A program made the position numbers and the translations under genes. From an uncultured Actinomycetes bacterium (lineage in GTDB: Bacteria; Actinomycetota; Acidimicrobiia; IMCC26256; DASPTH01), in assembly GCA_963705625.1 (NCBI GenBank), contig CAVPKG010000008.1, forward strand, positions 2,846 to 66,845: a stretch of 64,000 nt of DNA, read 5' to 3'. This document shows, in pieces, positions 30,937 to 39,028 of this stretch; positions within the stretch are counted from its first letter, which is position 1; every line of letters begins with the position of its first letter. Below the pieces are notes generated by a model, which ran no database searches, had not been told where the DNA came from, and worked only from the letters and a program-made list of their open reading frames with translations.

Positions 30937-31981
30937 GTGAAGCTGACGCAGTACTCGCACGGGGCGGGCTGCGCGTGCAAGCTGTCGCCTGACGACCTGC
31001 GCACCGTGCTCGGCCTCGTGCGCGGGATCGACGCACCCGAAGACCCCGACCTGCTGGTCGGGTTCGACACCGCCGACGACGCGGCCGTCTACCGCGTGCG
31101 CGACGACCTCGCGCTCGTCGTCACCACCGACTTCTTCACGCCGATCGTGGACGACGCCTACGACTGGGGGCGCATCGCCGCCACCAACGCCTTGTCCGAC
31201 GTGTACGCGATGGGCGGCACACCGCTGCTCGCGCTGAACATCGTGGCGTGGCCGCGCGAGGGCCTGCCGTTCGAGCTCCTCGCGCGCGTGCTCGACGGCG
31301 GCAGCGACGTCGTGCGCGCCGCGGGCGCGATCGTCGCCGGCGGGCATTCGATCGACGATCCCGAGCCCAAGTTCGGCCTCGCCGTGGTCGGCACGGTCCA
31401 CCCCGAGCGGGTGCTGACGAATCGCGCGGCACAGGCCGGTGACGCGCTCGTGCTCACCAAGCCGATCGGCCTGGGCGTGATCTCCACCGCGGTGAAACGC
31501 AATCAGGCACCGCCCGCGCTCGTCGACGAGGCGATCCGGGTGATGACCACGCTCAACGCCGGCGCGCGCGATGCCGCGCTCGAGCTCGGCGACGCGGTGC
31601 ACGCCGCCACCGACGTCACCGGCTTCGGCCTACTCGGGCACTTGCGCGAGCTGGTCTCCGCATCCGGTCTCGCGGCCGACGTCGAACCGGGGGCGGTGCC
31701 GGTGATCGATGGCGTCCGTGATCTCCTCGATCTGGGCATGGTCGCCGGCGGCACGCAGCGCAATCACGCGTTCGTGAGCGAATCGGTCGAGTGGAACGGG
31801 CTCGCCGAGAACGATCAGCTCCTGCTCGCCGACGCGCAGACGTCGGGTGGACTGCTCCTCGCCGTCGCGCGACGACGCCGCGCCCGACCTCGTCCACGCA
31901 CTCGAAGCCCGCCACACCCTCGCCGCGGCCGTCGTCGGCGAGACCCACGCAGGCCTCGCGGGCTCGATCACGATTCAGTAG
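30937..31981 (+). CDS. selD: selenide, water dikinase (Cys form; C-terminal frameshift)
   Basis: GCACKL, DDAAVY, DFFTPIVDD, NALSDVYAMGG, TDVTGFGLLGHL, DAQTSGGLL. Confidence 0.93.
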
Positions 31982-31995
31982 CAAGTCCGGCTCAC

Positions 31996-32262
31996 GCGGC
32001 GACGAGCGAAGCGAGTCGCTCGCCAGCGAGCGAGCGCCCGCGGCGCAGGTACCCTGCGCCGCAGCGAGCGAGCCAGTAGTCAGGAGCGAGCGCCCGCGGC
32101 GCAGGTACCCTGCGCCGCAGCGAGCGAGCCAGCAGTCAGGAGCGAGCGCCCGCGGGCTCGATCACGATCCAGGAACAAACGCGGCGACGAGCGAAGCGAG
32201 TCGCTCGCCAGCGAGCGAGCGCCCGCGGCGCAGGTATCCTGCGCCGCAGCGAGGGAGCGAAT
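31996..32262 (+). repeat. cluster of hairpin repeats (3 full hairpins plus one truncated unit)
   Basis: GAGCGAGCGCCC-GCGGCGCAGG-TAC-CCTGCGCCGC-AGCGAG three times (third copy has a TAT loop), in a convergent intergenic gap. Confidence 0.88.
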
Positions 32263-32264
32263 AG

Positions 32265-33263
32265 TCAGGGAATCACCAACATCCCGAGCTCGGCTTCGAG
32301 TTGGGGACGCGGCTTGGCGCCGAGCGAAGCACGTTCGAGACGGCCGTTCCTGAACAGCCCGATGAGCGGGATGCTCTGCACGTCGTAACGCTGCGCGAGC
32401 GTCGGCTCCTCGTCGATGTTCACCTTCACGACCTTGTACGCGCCCTGGCGCATCAGCGCGATCTGCTCGACGACGGGACCCACCTGGCGGCACGGCCCGC
32501 ACCACGGCGCCCAGAAGTCGACGATCACCGGGATGTCGGAGCCGAGCACTTCGGTGTCGAACTCGGCGGTGGTCACCGGCCTCACCGGACTCTCGGGCGG
32601 AGGCGCCGGGAGCGGCTCCGCCGGGCGTTCGCCGGCTCTGACCGCGTCGAGCCAGGCCCGCGCCTGTTGCACGCTCTCGAGCGCAACTTCGTGGCCCATC
32701 GGGAACTCGGCGAAGACCAGCGGCACGTCGTGCTCGACGAGGACCTTTGCGAGCTCGCGGCTGTTCGTGACCTTCACCATCGGGTCGTCGGTGCCGTGCT
32801 GGAGGAGCACCGCGACGTTGCGCGCCGCGTCCCAGTCGACGTCGACCAGCTCGAGGCGGACGAACGGGCTCATCGCGAGCACGGCCGCGGGATGCGCGCG
32901 GTCGCTGCGGCCGAGCCCGAGCGCGAACGCGAGGCCGGCCCCCTGCGAGAAGCCGGCCACCACCGCCTCCTCGCGCTTCATGTCGTGCTCGGCGCACACC
33001 TCGTCGAGGAGGTCGTCGACCGCGGCGAGCGCGGCGGCGAAACCGTCGCGCGCCTCGTCGGGATCGGAGGTCATCACGTCGAACCACGAGAAGCCGGGCG
33101 GCGCGGCGAGCGGACCGCGTGGGAGCACCGTGACGAACTTGCCCTCGGGATCCAGGTAGGGAAGGAGGCCACCGAGGTCGCGCTCGTCGGCGCCGTACCC
33201 GTGCATGAGCAGGAGGACCCGCGCGGCCTCGCTCCCCTTCACCACGTTCTGCACCAGCGCCAT
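32265..33263 (-). CDS. phospholipase/carboxylesterase - thioredoxin fusion
   Basis: HGYG, GFSQG, HGTDD, MGH followed in frame by VDFWAPWCGPC..VQSIP. Confidence 0.88.
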   Translation of the reverse strand: MALVQNVVKGSEAARVLLLMHGYGADERDLGGLLPYLDPEGKFVTVLPRGPLAAPPGFSWFDVMTSDPDEARDGFAAALAAVDDLLDEVCAEHDMKREEAVVAGFSQGAGLAFALGLGRSDRAHPAAVLAMSPFVRLELVDVDWDAARNVAVLLQHGTDDPMVKVTNSRELAKVLVEHDVPLVFAEFPMGHEVALESVQQARAWLDAVRAGERPAEPLPAPPPESPVRPVTTAEFDTEVLGSDIPVIVDFWAPWCGPCRQVGPVVEQIALMRQGAYKVVKVNIDEEPTLAQRYDVQSIPLIGLFRNGRLERASLGAKPRPQLEAELGMLVIP

Positions 33264-33304
33264 CGAACGATCCTCCTCCTACTTCCGGTTCCCGCTCGGG
33301 CCGC

Positions 33305-34117
33305 TCAGAACATGTAGTTCATCTCGCCGACCACCCGTCGCCCGAGCTCGTCGTCGCCTTCGATCCGCACCTCACCGGCCGCGACGGCCAACGCCGGGTC
33401 GACCCGGCCACACGCAAGGCGCTCGAACGTCACGCTGTCCATCGCGAGTCGGGCAGTGGGTTTGGCCGGCACCGCGTCGAGTCGTGCCGCACGACGCTCG
33501 ACCATCTGGATCGCGAGCTCGCGCGGCAGAGGGCCGGTGATCGAGAACACGACGATGCAACCGTCGGGAGGCGCCACCTTCTTCCCGACGACGAAGGGCA
33601 TCGCGTCGACCACCATGCTCTGGGTGAACCGGGCGGCGTCCGAATCGAGGTTCCCCGCGCGGGCGACGGCACGACGCATGTCCTGCTCGTGGACCCACGA
33701 GTCGAAGATGCGGAACGGGAGCAGGTCGCGCACCGTTCCCGGGCCCACGGGGGTCCACGAATCGGCGCCGAAGCCGTCTTCGTCGAGGGCGCGCAGCTGC
33801 GCGATCCGCTCCGTCGTGAGCACGTGGAACTCGGCCAGCGCCCGCGCGCCGGTCCATCCACGCCGGGAATCGACGGCGTGCTCGTTGGACTTCCCGATCT
33901 CGTTCTGCACGTGGCGTAGATCGGTGGCCTCGTGCCCCCTCCACGGCCGGCCGAGGCTCATCGCCTCGACCGCGGAGAGGTGCACCAGGTTGTCCTGCAC
34001 CGTCCAACCCGGTAGCTCGGTATGCCGCTTCCACTCGCTCTCGGTGAGGTCCTCGCCCATCGTCTCGATGGAGTCCCAGACCGACTCGAGCAGGTCCACC
34101 AGCTCTTGATCCGTCAC
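33305..34117 (-). CDS. mycothiol-dependent maleylpyruvate isomerase (DinB) family protein
   Basis: TELPGWTVQDNLVHL, RIFDSWVHEQDMRRAV. Confidence 0.88.
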   Translation of the reverse strand: MTDQELVDLLESVWDSIETMGEDLTESEWKRHTELPGWTVQDNLVHLSAVEAMSLGRPWRGHEATDLRHVQNEIGKSNEHAVDSRRGWTGARALAEFHVLTTERIAQLRALDEDGFGADSWTPVGPGTVRDLLPFRIFDSWVHEQDMRRAVARAGNLDSDAARFTQSMVVDAMPFVVGKKVAPPDGCIVVFSITGPLPRELAIQMVERRAARLDAVPAKPTARLAMDSVTFERLACGRVDPALAVAAGEVRIEGDDELGRRVVGEMNYMF

Positions 34118-34186
34118 AGGCCTATCTTTCCCGCTCTCGGCGCTCCACGCCGGGCCGCTCCGGCCCCGGCTCGCGGTGCCGCATGT

Positions 34187-34298
34187 GGGCGAACGACCGC
34201 GGGCCGGGTATCCCGGCCCGCCGTGAGCGAACCATAGTCAGGAGCGAACGGCCGCGAGCCGGGTATCCCGGCTCGCAGTGAGCGACCCGGAGTCAGGT
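34187..34298 (+). repeat. two tandem copies of the hairpin repeat
   Basis: stems GCGGGCCGGG-TAT-CCCGGCCCGC and GCGAGCCGGG-TAT-CCCGGCTCGC with shared flanks. Confidence 0.85.
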
Positions 34299-35036
34299 AG
34301 CTTCGGCACGGCCGCCCGCCTCCGGGCTTCCACGCGGACGGCGGATCCGCCTCATGGAGTGGTCGGGGCCCTTCTCGACGACGACGTCGGCGAACTCGCG
34401 GGTGGGGAGGATGTACTCGTGGAGGTTCACCGCGTTGATCGCCGCCCACGTCCGGCGGGCAACGGCGGTCACGTCGTCGTCGGACATCCTCGCGAACTGC
34501 GCGTAGAACGAATGGCCGCTGTTCCGCAGTTCGAGGAACCGGTCCACGTACCACTGCTCGATGTCGGGTTCGACGGCGTCCACGTAGATCCCGACGTCGA
34601 TCGCGTCCGACAGTTGCAAGAGGTGGAGTCCCTCGACGATGACGACTTCGGCTTCCGCCAGGACGCGCGGTTCGTCGAGGACGTCGTACTCCTCGTGCGA
34701 GTACACGGGAACGCGGATGTCGCGCTCCCCGGCCTTGACGGCTTCGAGGAACGCGACGAGCGCGGCGCGGTCGTAGGTCTCGGGAAAGCCCTTCCGCATC
34801 GCGAGCCCACGCTCGTCGAGCACACGGTTCGGGTACAGGAACCCGTCGGACGACACGATCTCCACCCGAAGCTCGTCGATCGTGGCGGTCAGCGACTCCC
34901 CCAGGAGCCGCGCGGTCGTGCTCTTCCCGACGGCGACGCTTCCGGTGATGGCCGTGACGTTCCGAACCTGCCGGGCCCGGCATCCCTCGATACCGGGCCG
35001 GAGCAGGAGTTGGAGCTCGATCAGGGGGTCCGCCAC
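34293..35036 (-). CDS. coaA: type I pantothenate kinase (short form)
   Basis: GSVAVGKSTTAR, DGFLYPN, RKGFPETYD, PVYSH..YD, WYVDRF, INAVNL..YILPTR. Confidence 0.85.
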   Translation of the reverse strand: MADPLIELQLLLRPGIEGCRARQVRNVTAITGSVAVGKSTTARLLGESLTATIDELRVEIVSSDGFLYPNRVLDERGLAMRKGFPETYDRAALVAFLEAVKAGERDIRVPVYSHEEYDVLDEPRVLAEAEVVIVEGLHLLQLSDAIDVGIYVDAVEPDIEQWYVDRFLELRNSGHSFYAQFARMSDDDVTAVARRTWAAINAVNLHEYILPTREFADVVVEKGPDHSMRRIRRPRGSPEAGGRAEAT

Positions 35037-35169
35037 TCCCCCACGCTCACACGCCGGCGCCCACCGCGGCAAGGTGCCGGGCTTCGTCGGCGTCGGTGAG
35101 CGCGCCCAGCGCCGCGACGGTGTCGCACGTCGTTCGAGAAACGTCACGCCGCACGGGCCGTGCCTCGGC

Positions 35170-35664
35170 TCATGCGCCCGCGCCTGACCGGCTCCAGATG
35201 TCGGCGCACTCCTCGCACACGGACTCGGGGATCACACCGAGCCGCATGAGGAGGTTGAAGATCTTGCACCCGAGGCAGTAGGCGAACACCGACTCGAGCG
35301 TGGCCGCGATCACGATCATGCCGACGAGCACGTAGGCGGCACCGGTGGCACCGAATCCGAAGTGCAGGATCAAGGCCGTGACGGACAACGTTGCACCGAC
35401 GCCCTGCGCAAACCGCTTCGGAGGCCCGGGCACGTACTTCGGAGCGAACGGCAACCGCGGCGTGATCACGCGTGTGACCAACTGACCGAGCGGGCTCAGC
35501 GTGGGACCGGTGAGCGCACGAGCCACGAATCCGTACGCGAGCGGCACGAGGATCCACGGTTGGTCGAACACGACCGTCGCCACACTCATCACGACGACCC
35601 CCGCCGCCACCGACCGCGCCGAGACCTCGTTCACCGGGTTCGGGAAGCTGAAGAGCTGCTTCAT
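35170..35664 (-). CDS. DUF4395 family membrane protein
   Basis: FPNPVNE.SAR, PPKRFAQGVG, LES..YCLGC. Confidence 0.85.
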   Translation of the reverse strand: MKQLFSFPNPVNEVSARSVAAGVVVMSVATVVFDQPWILVPLAYGFVARALTGPTLSPLGQLVTRVITPRLPFAPKYVPGPPKRFAQGVGATLSVTALILHFGFGATGAAYVLVGMIVIAATLESVFAYCLGCKIFNLLMRLGVIPESVCEECADIWSRSGAGA

Positions 35665-35686
35665 GCGACGCTCTCCGTTCGGTTCG

Positions 35687-36196
35687 TCACGACTTCTCCC
35701 GCAACTTTGCGATGACCCGCTCGTCGGTGTCGAAGGCGAGCGGCACAGGCAGGTCATCGAGCGCGAAGAAGCCGGCGTCGACCGCGTCGTCGCCCGCTCG
35801 TAGCGTGCCGCCGACGCGGTGTCCCGAGAACCAGATCCCCGCATGGTGCCGATTGCGGTCGTGGAACGTGGTGTGCGCGTCGAACACACCGTCGAGCTCG
35901 ACCACGAGGCCAGTCTCCTCCTCGAGCTCTCGGACCGCGGCCTCCCGCACGTCCTCGTGCCAAGCGACGTGACCGCACGGTATGCACCACGCGCCCGCGT
36001 CGCGGCCGTAGCGGCGCTGCACCATCAGCAACCGCCCTTCCTCCAACACGATCACCGCCACCCCGACGATCTGGCGACGGTGCTGACGGTGTCCGCAGCT
36101 CGGGCACACCCAGATCGGCTCGCCGCCGACTTCGGTCTGCTCGACGGGCGTCGCGCACTGCGAACAGAATCGCGGCAGCACGTCGTCGTCGCTCAT
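35687..36196 (-). CDS. NUDIX hydrolase with zinc ribbon
   Basis: FCSQC..CPSC; Nudix box AAVRELEEETG. Confidence 0.9.
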   Translation of the reverse strand: MSDDDVLPRFCSQCATPVEQTEVGGEPIWVCPSCGHRQHRRQIVGVAVIVLEEGRLLMVQRRYGRDAGAWCIPCGHVAWHEDVREAAVRELEEETGLVVELDGVFDAHTTFHDRNRHHAGIWFSGHRVGGTLRAGDDAVDAGFFALDDLPVPLAFDTDERVIAKLREKS

Positions 36197-36214
36197 GGCA
36201 TCACGATACGACCC

Positions 36215-37021
36215 TCAGAAATCGGTGCCGCCGTCGATGTTGATCAACGCCCCGGTGAGATATCCGGCGCGCGGCGAGAGCAGGAACGCGAACAGGTCAC
36301 CCACCTCGTCGGGGCGCCCCGGACGGCCCAACGCCACGTCCATGTGCCATTCCTCGACCATCACCCGCTCGAGCACGCCTTCCTCCGGGATCCCACGCGC
36401 GGTTGCGATCTGCGTCCGCAGCGCGGCCAGACCTCCCGTCTCGATCGCGCCGGGGCACACGCAGTTCGCCCGAATTCCGGCGCGCCCGTAGGTCTTCGCC
36501 ACGTTCTTGGTGAACACCGCGACCGCCGCCTTGAGCGCCACGTATGGCATGCGATTCGAGTGCGGCGAGTGGATGCTGTAGGCCGAAGTGGTGACGATCG
36601 TGCCCGACCCGCGATCGACGAGCTGCGGCAGCACCGCCTTCACCGTGCGGACGATCGACATCAGCACGTCTTGCACCGCCTCGTCCCAGACCTCGTCGGT
36701 GGCGTCCTCGAGCGTGCTGTGCGCCAGCCCGCTGGTCCCGGTCGTGATCGCCATGCCGGCGAGATCCCCGAGCGCTTCCGTCGCCTCGGCCACTACCCGC
36801 TCGGCCTCCCCCGCCGCTTTGCCGACGTCGCCGGCAATCGGCACGACCCGGGTTTGGTACTCGGCGCCGATCGCGTCGGCGGCGCGGCGGGCTCGGTCCG
36901 GGTCACGCCCGGCGACCGCCACCCGCGCGCCGTCGGCGGCCAGCGCACGCGCCGCCTCGTACCCCATGCCGGCCGTGCCGCCGACGATCAGGTATGCCTG
37001 GTCCCGCACTCCGAGGTCCAT
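36215..37021 (-). CDS. SDR family oxidoreductase
   Basis: GGTAGMG, YVALK, NCVCPG, NIDGG. Confidence 0.9.
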   Translation of the reverse strand: MDLGVRDQAYLIVGGTAGMGYEAARALAADGARVAVAGRDPDRARRAADAIGAEYQTRVVPIAGDVGKAAGEAERVVAEATEALGDLAGMAITTGTSGLAHSTLEDATDEVWDEAVQDVLMSIVRTVKAVLPQLVDRGSGTIVTTSAYSIHSPHSNRMPYVALKAAVAVFTKNVAKTYGRAGIRANCVCPGAIETGGLAALRTQIATARGIPEEGVLERVMVEEWHMDVALGRPGRPDEVGDLFAFLLSPRAGYLTGALINIDGGTDF

Positions 37022-37055
37022 CGAGCTCCTCTTCTCGGCGTGTCATCTCGGTCGG

Positions 37056-37520
37056 TCACGACGGCAGGCCGTCGGAAAGAGAGCTGACAACGCCGGCCAA
37101 GAAACCGCGCGCCCATGCTTGCGTCGCTTGCATGATCACGTCCGGCTCCACCGAGGGCAGTTCGCTGCGAAGGTAGGTGCCGATGACCGTCAGGTTGGAA
37201 CGGGCTGCGTCCGCGCGCTCGAGCTGGAGGTCACCATCGAAGAGCTCGGGGAACAGCTCCGGGGACAGGCGGCTGATCCATCGCATCGCGACGGCAAGGG
37301 CATCGGGCGCCACACGTACTGGGCCGAGTTCGTACCGGAGCGCGTCCGGCCATACCCTGATCGCCGGCATGCGCGACCCTTCGGCAGAGCGGTTGCGGAC
37401 CGATTGCAGCGCGTCGCCCACGGCCGTGATGGCCAACGGATGGAGCCAATCGGGGGCGACGAAGTGGGGCGCGAGGCGCTCGAAGGGCTGCGTTACCTGG
37501 GAGGCTTCCCGAATGAACAC
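37056..37520 (-). CDS. hypothetical protein (SRPBCC-like, actinobacterial)
   Basis: 154-aa ORF; LFPELFDGDLQL..LTVIGTY. Confidence 0.55.
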   Translation of the reverse strand: MFIREASQVTQPFERLAPHFVAPDWLHPLAITAVGDALQSVRNRSAEGSRMPAIRVWPDALRYELGPVRVAPDALAVAMRWISRLSPELFPELFDGDLQLERADAARSNLTVIGTYLRSELPSVEPDVIMQATQAWARGFLAGVVSSLSDGLPS

Positions 37521-37698
37521 GGGTTTCCCCTCCCGACAGCACGCAGCTGCCGTTCTCGGTGTCGATGCTTCGACCGGTTCTCGGTGTCGATCTTCGACCG
37601 GAACGGCTGAGCCGCCTAGGGTCGAAGGTCATTGCCGCCAGCTTTTTCGAACTGCTCGGGCGAACCCGTCGGAGGGGTGTCGCGGCTCGAGGGCATCA

Positions 37699-38400
37699 TT
37701 ACCAGTAGCGGGGACGAGGCGGGCTCTGCCAGCGTGCTTCGAAGACGATCCTTCGAATTTCGCGGATCGTTTCGTCGATCTCGTCGATCACCGCGTGGGT
37801 CGCGTCCCCCACCTCGTGTCGCTCTGCGATCTGTGCCGTCAGCGTGAGCCCGACATCGAACAGACGTCGGACGATCGAATCCAGCAGCTCATGAGCGAGC
37901 CGATCGCGCTCTTGGTCCAGCGCGAGCTCTGAGGCGGTCTCGCGGGCCAGCTGCGCGTCCGAGACATCACGCACGATCGCGATCGTCAACCGCGCAGAAC
38001 CCTCGTTGAACGGACTGAGGCTCACCTCGATCGGGAACTCGACACCATCCGCGCGTAAGCCGTGCAGCAGAATTCCCGCGCCCATGGGCCGAGTCACCGG
38101 CGCGACTGCGAACGCCGCGCGATGTTCTTCGTGACGCGCCCGCAGTCGTGTCGGGAGCAGCTCCTCGACGGGACGGTGGAGCAGCCCGCCGCGCCCGTAG
38201 CCAAAGATCCCCTCGGCTCGGCGATTCGCGAGCACGATCTCGCCACCCTGTTCGACGAGAAGGATGCCGTCCGGCGCGGCGTCGACGATCGCCCAACCGA
38301 CGCTGCCCACCGACTGGGACAGCCGCGACGAAGACACGGGTCGAGAGTCATCGGCAACCCGCAACTGCACGAGCCTTCCCACCTCCTGCCCCCGCGAGCC
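37699..38400 (-). CDS. PAS-domain protein with degenerate HisKA_3-like region and no ATPase domain (start uncertain)
   Basis: AAPDGILLV..ANRRAE.IFGY..RPMG..DGVEFPIEVSLSP..IVRD then ERDRLAHELLDSIVRRLF. Confidence 0.75.
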   Translation of the reverse strand, partial: GSRGQEVGRLVQLRVADDSRPVSSSRLSQSVGSVGWAIVDAAPDGILLVEQGGEIVLANRRAEGIFGYGRGGLLHRPVEELLPTRLRARHEEHRAAFAVAPVTRPMGAGILLHGLRADGVEFPIEVSLSPFNEGSARLTIAIVRDVSDAQLARETASELALDQERDRLAHELLDSIVRRLFDVGLTLTAQIAERHEVGDATHAVIDEIDETIREIRRIVFEARWQSPPRPRYW

Positions 38401-38456
38401 AAGAGCAGCAAGATCTTCTCGCGCCGAAGGCAGCCGCACAACAGGACGGCAGCGCT

Positions 38457-38708
38457 TCAGTGCGCCGGGTCGACGGTGCGCCGGGTGAGCAGGCGGACGA
38501 GACTCCAGAGCGACACCGCGAGCCACACGACCTCGAGGAGCACGAAGCCCCACTGGTCCTCCACCACGGCGGTCGTCAGCAAGAGGATCGAACCCGCGAC
38601 GTTCGCGACGAGATACGCGAGCCCGACGCTGCTGAGCCTGCGGATCTGCACGCCGACGAAGGCCGCGAGAATGAGGATCGATCCGGTCAGTTGGGCAGCG
38701 AGGCTCAT
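38457..38708 (-). CDS. CBU_0592-like small membrane protein
   Basis: GSILILAAF..YLVANVAGS..QWGFVLLEVVW. Confidence 0.8.
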   Translation of the reverse strand: MSLAAQLTGSILILAAFVGVQIRRLSSVGLAYLVANVAGSILLLTTAVVEDQWGFVLLEVVWLAVSLWSLVRLLTRRTVDPAH

Positions 38709-38986
38709 CAGATCTCCTGCGGGCAGTGCTCGTTGAGCGGACCCATCACGCGCTCGGCGTTGCCGATCTGCGACGACAGACGTTCGAAGTCGCGGCGGAT
38801 GTCGTCGGCGATCGGCGTTCCGGCTTCCGAGAGCCAACCGGCGAGCGTCTCCAGCGCCGATCCGAACTCGTCGGCGTCGATGCGCGCGTCGACCGAGCGG
38901 CACTGGTCGAGCGTGAGGTGATCGTCGAGGAGGATGACCAGGCCGCGAAGCCGGCCGGCGAGATCAGCGCGCGTGGCGAAGTCCAC
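38708..38986 (-). CDS. MafI-like immunity family protein
   Basis: 92 aa, acidic, helical; IDADEFGSALETLAGWLSE..TPI. Confidence 0.55.
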   Translation of the reverse strand: MDFATRADLAGRLRGLVILLDDHLTLDQCRSVDARIDADEFGSALETLAGWLSEAGTPIADDIRRDFERLSSQIGNAERVMGPLNEHCPQEI

Positions 38987-39028
38987 GAGGCCAGTCTCGC
39001 AGAACGTGGCGGAGCTCGAACGACGACT

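Noticed and set aside
30937-30990. Selenocysteine in SelD or neighbouring genes
   Set aside because: The motif is GCACK with Cys codons; no in-frame TGA at a redox motif was seen nearby.
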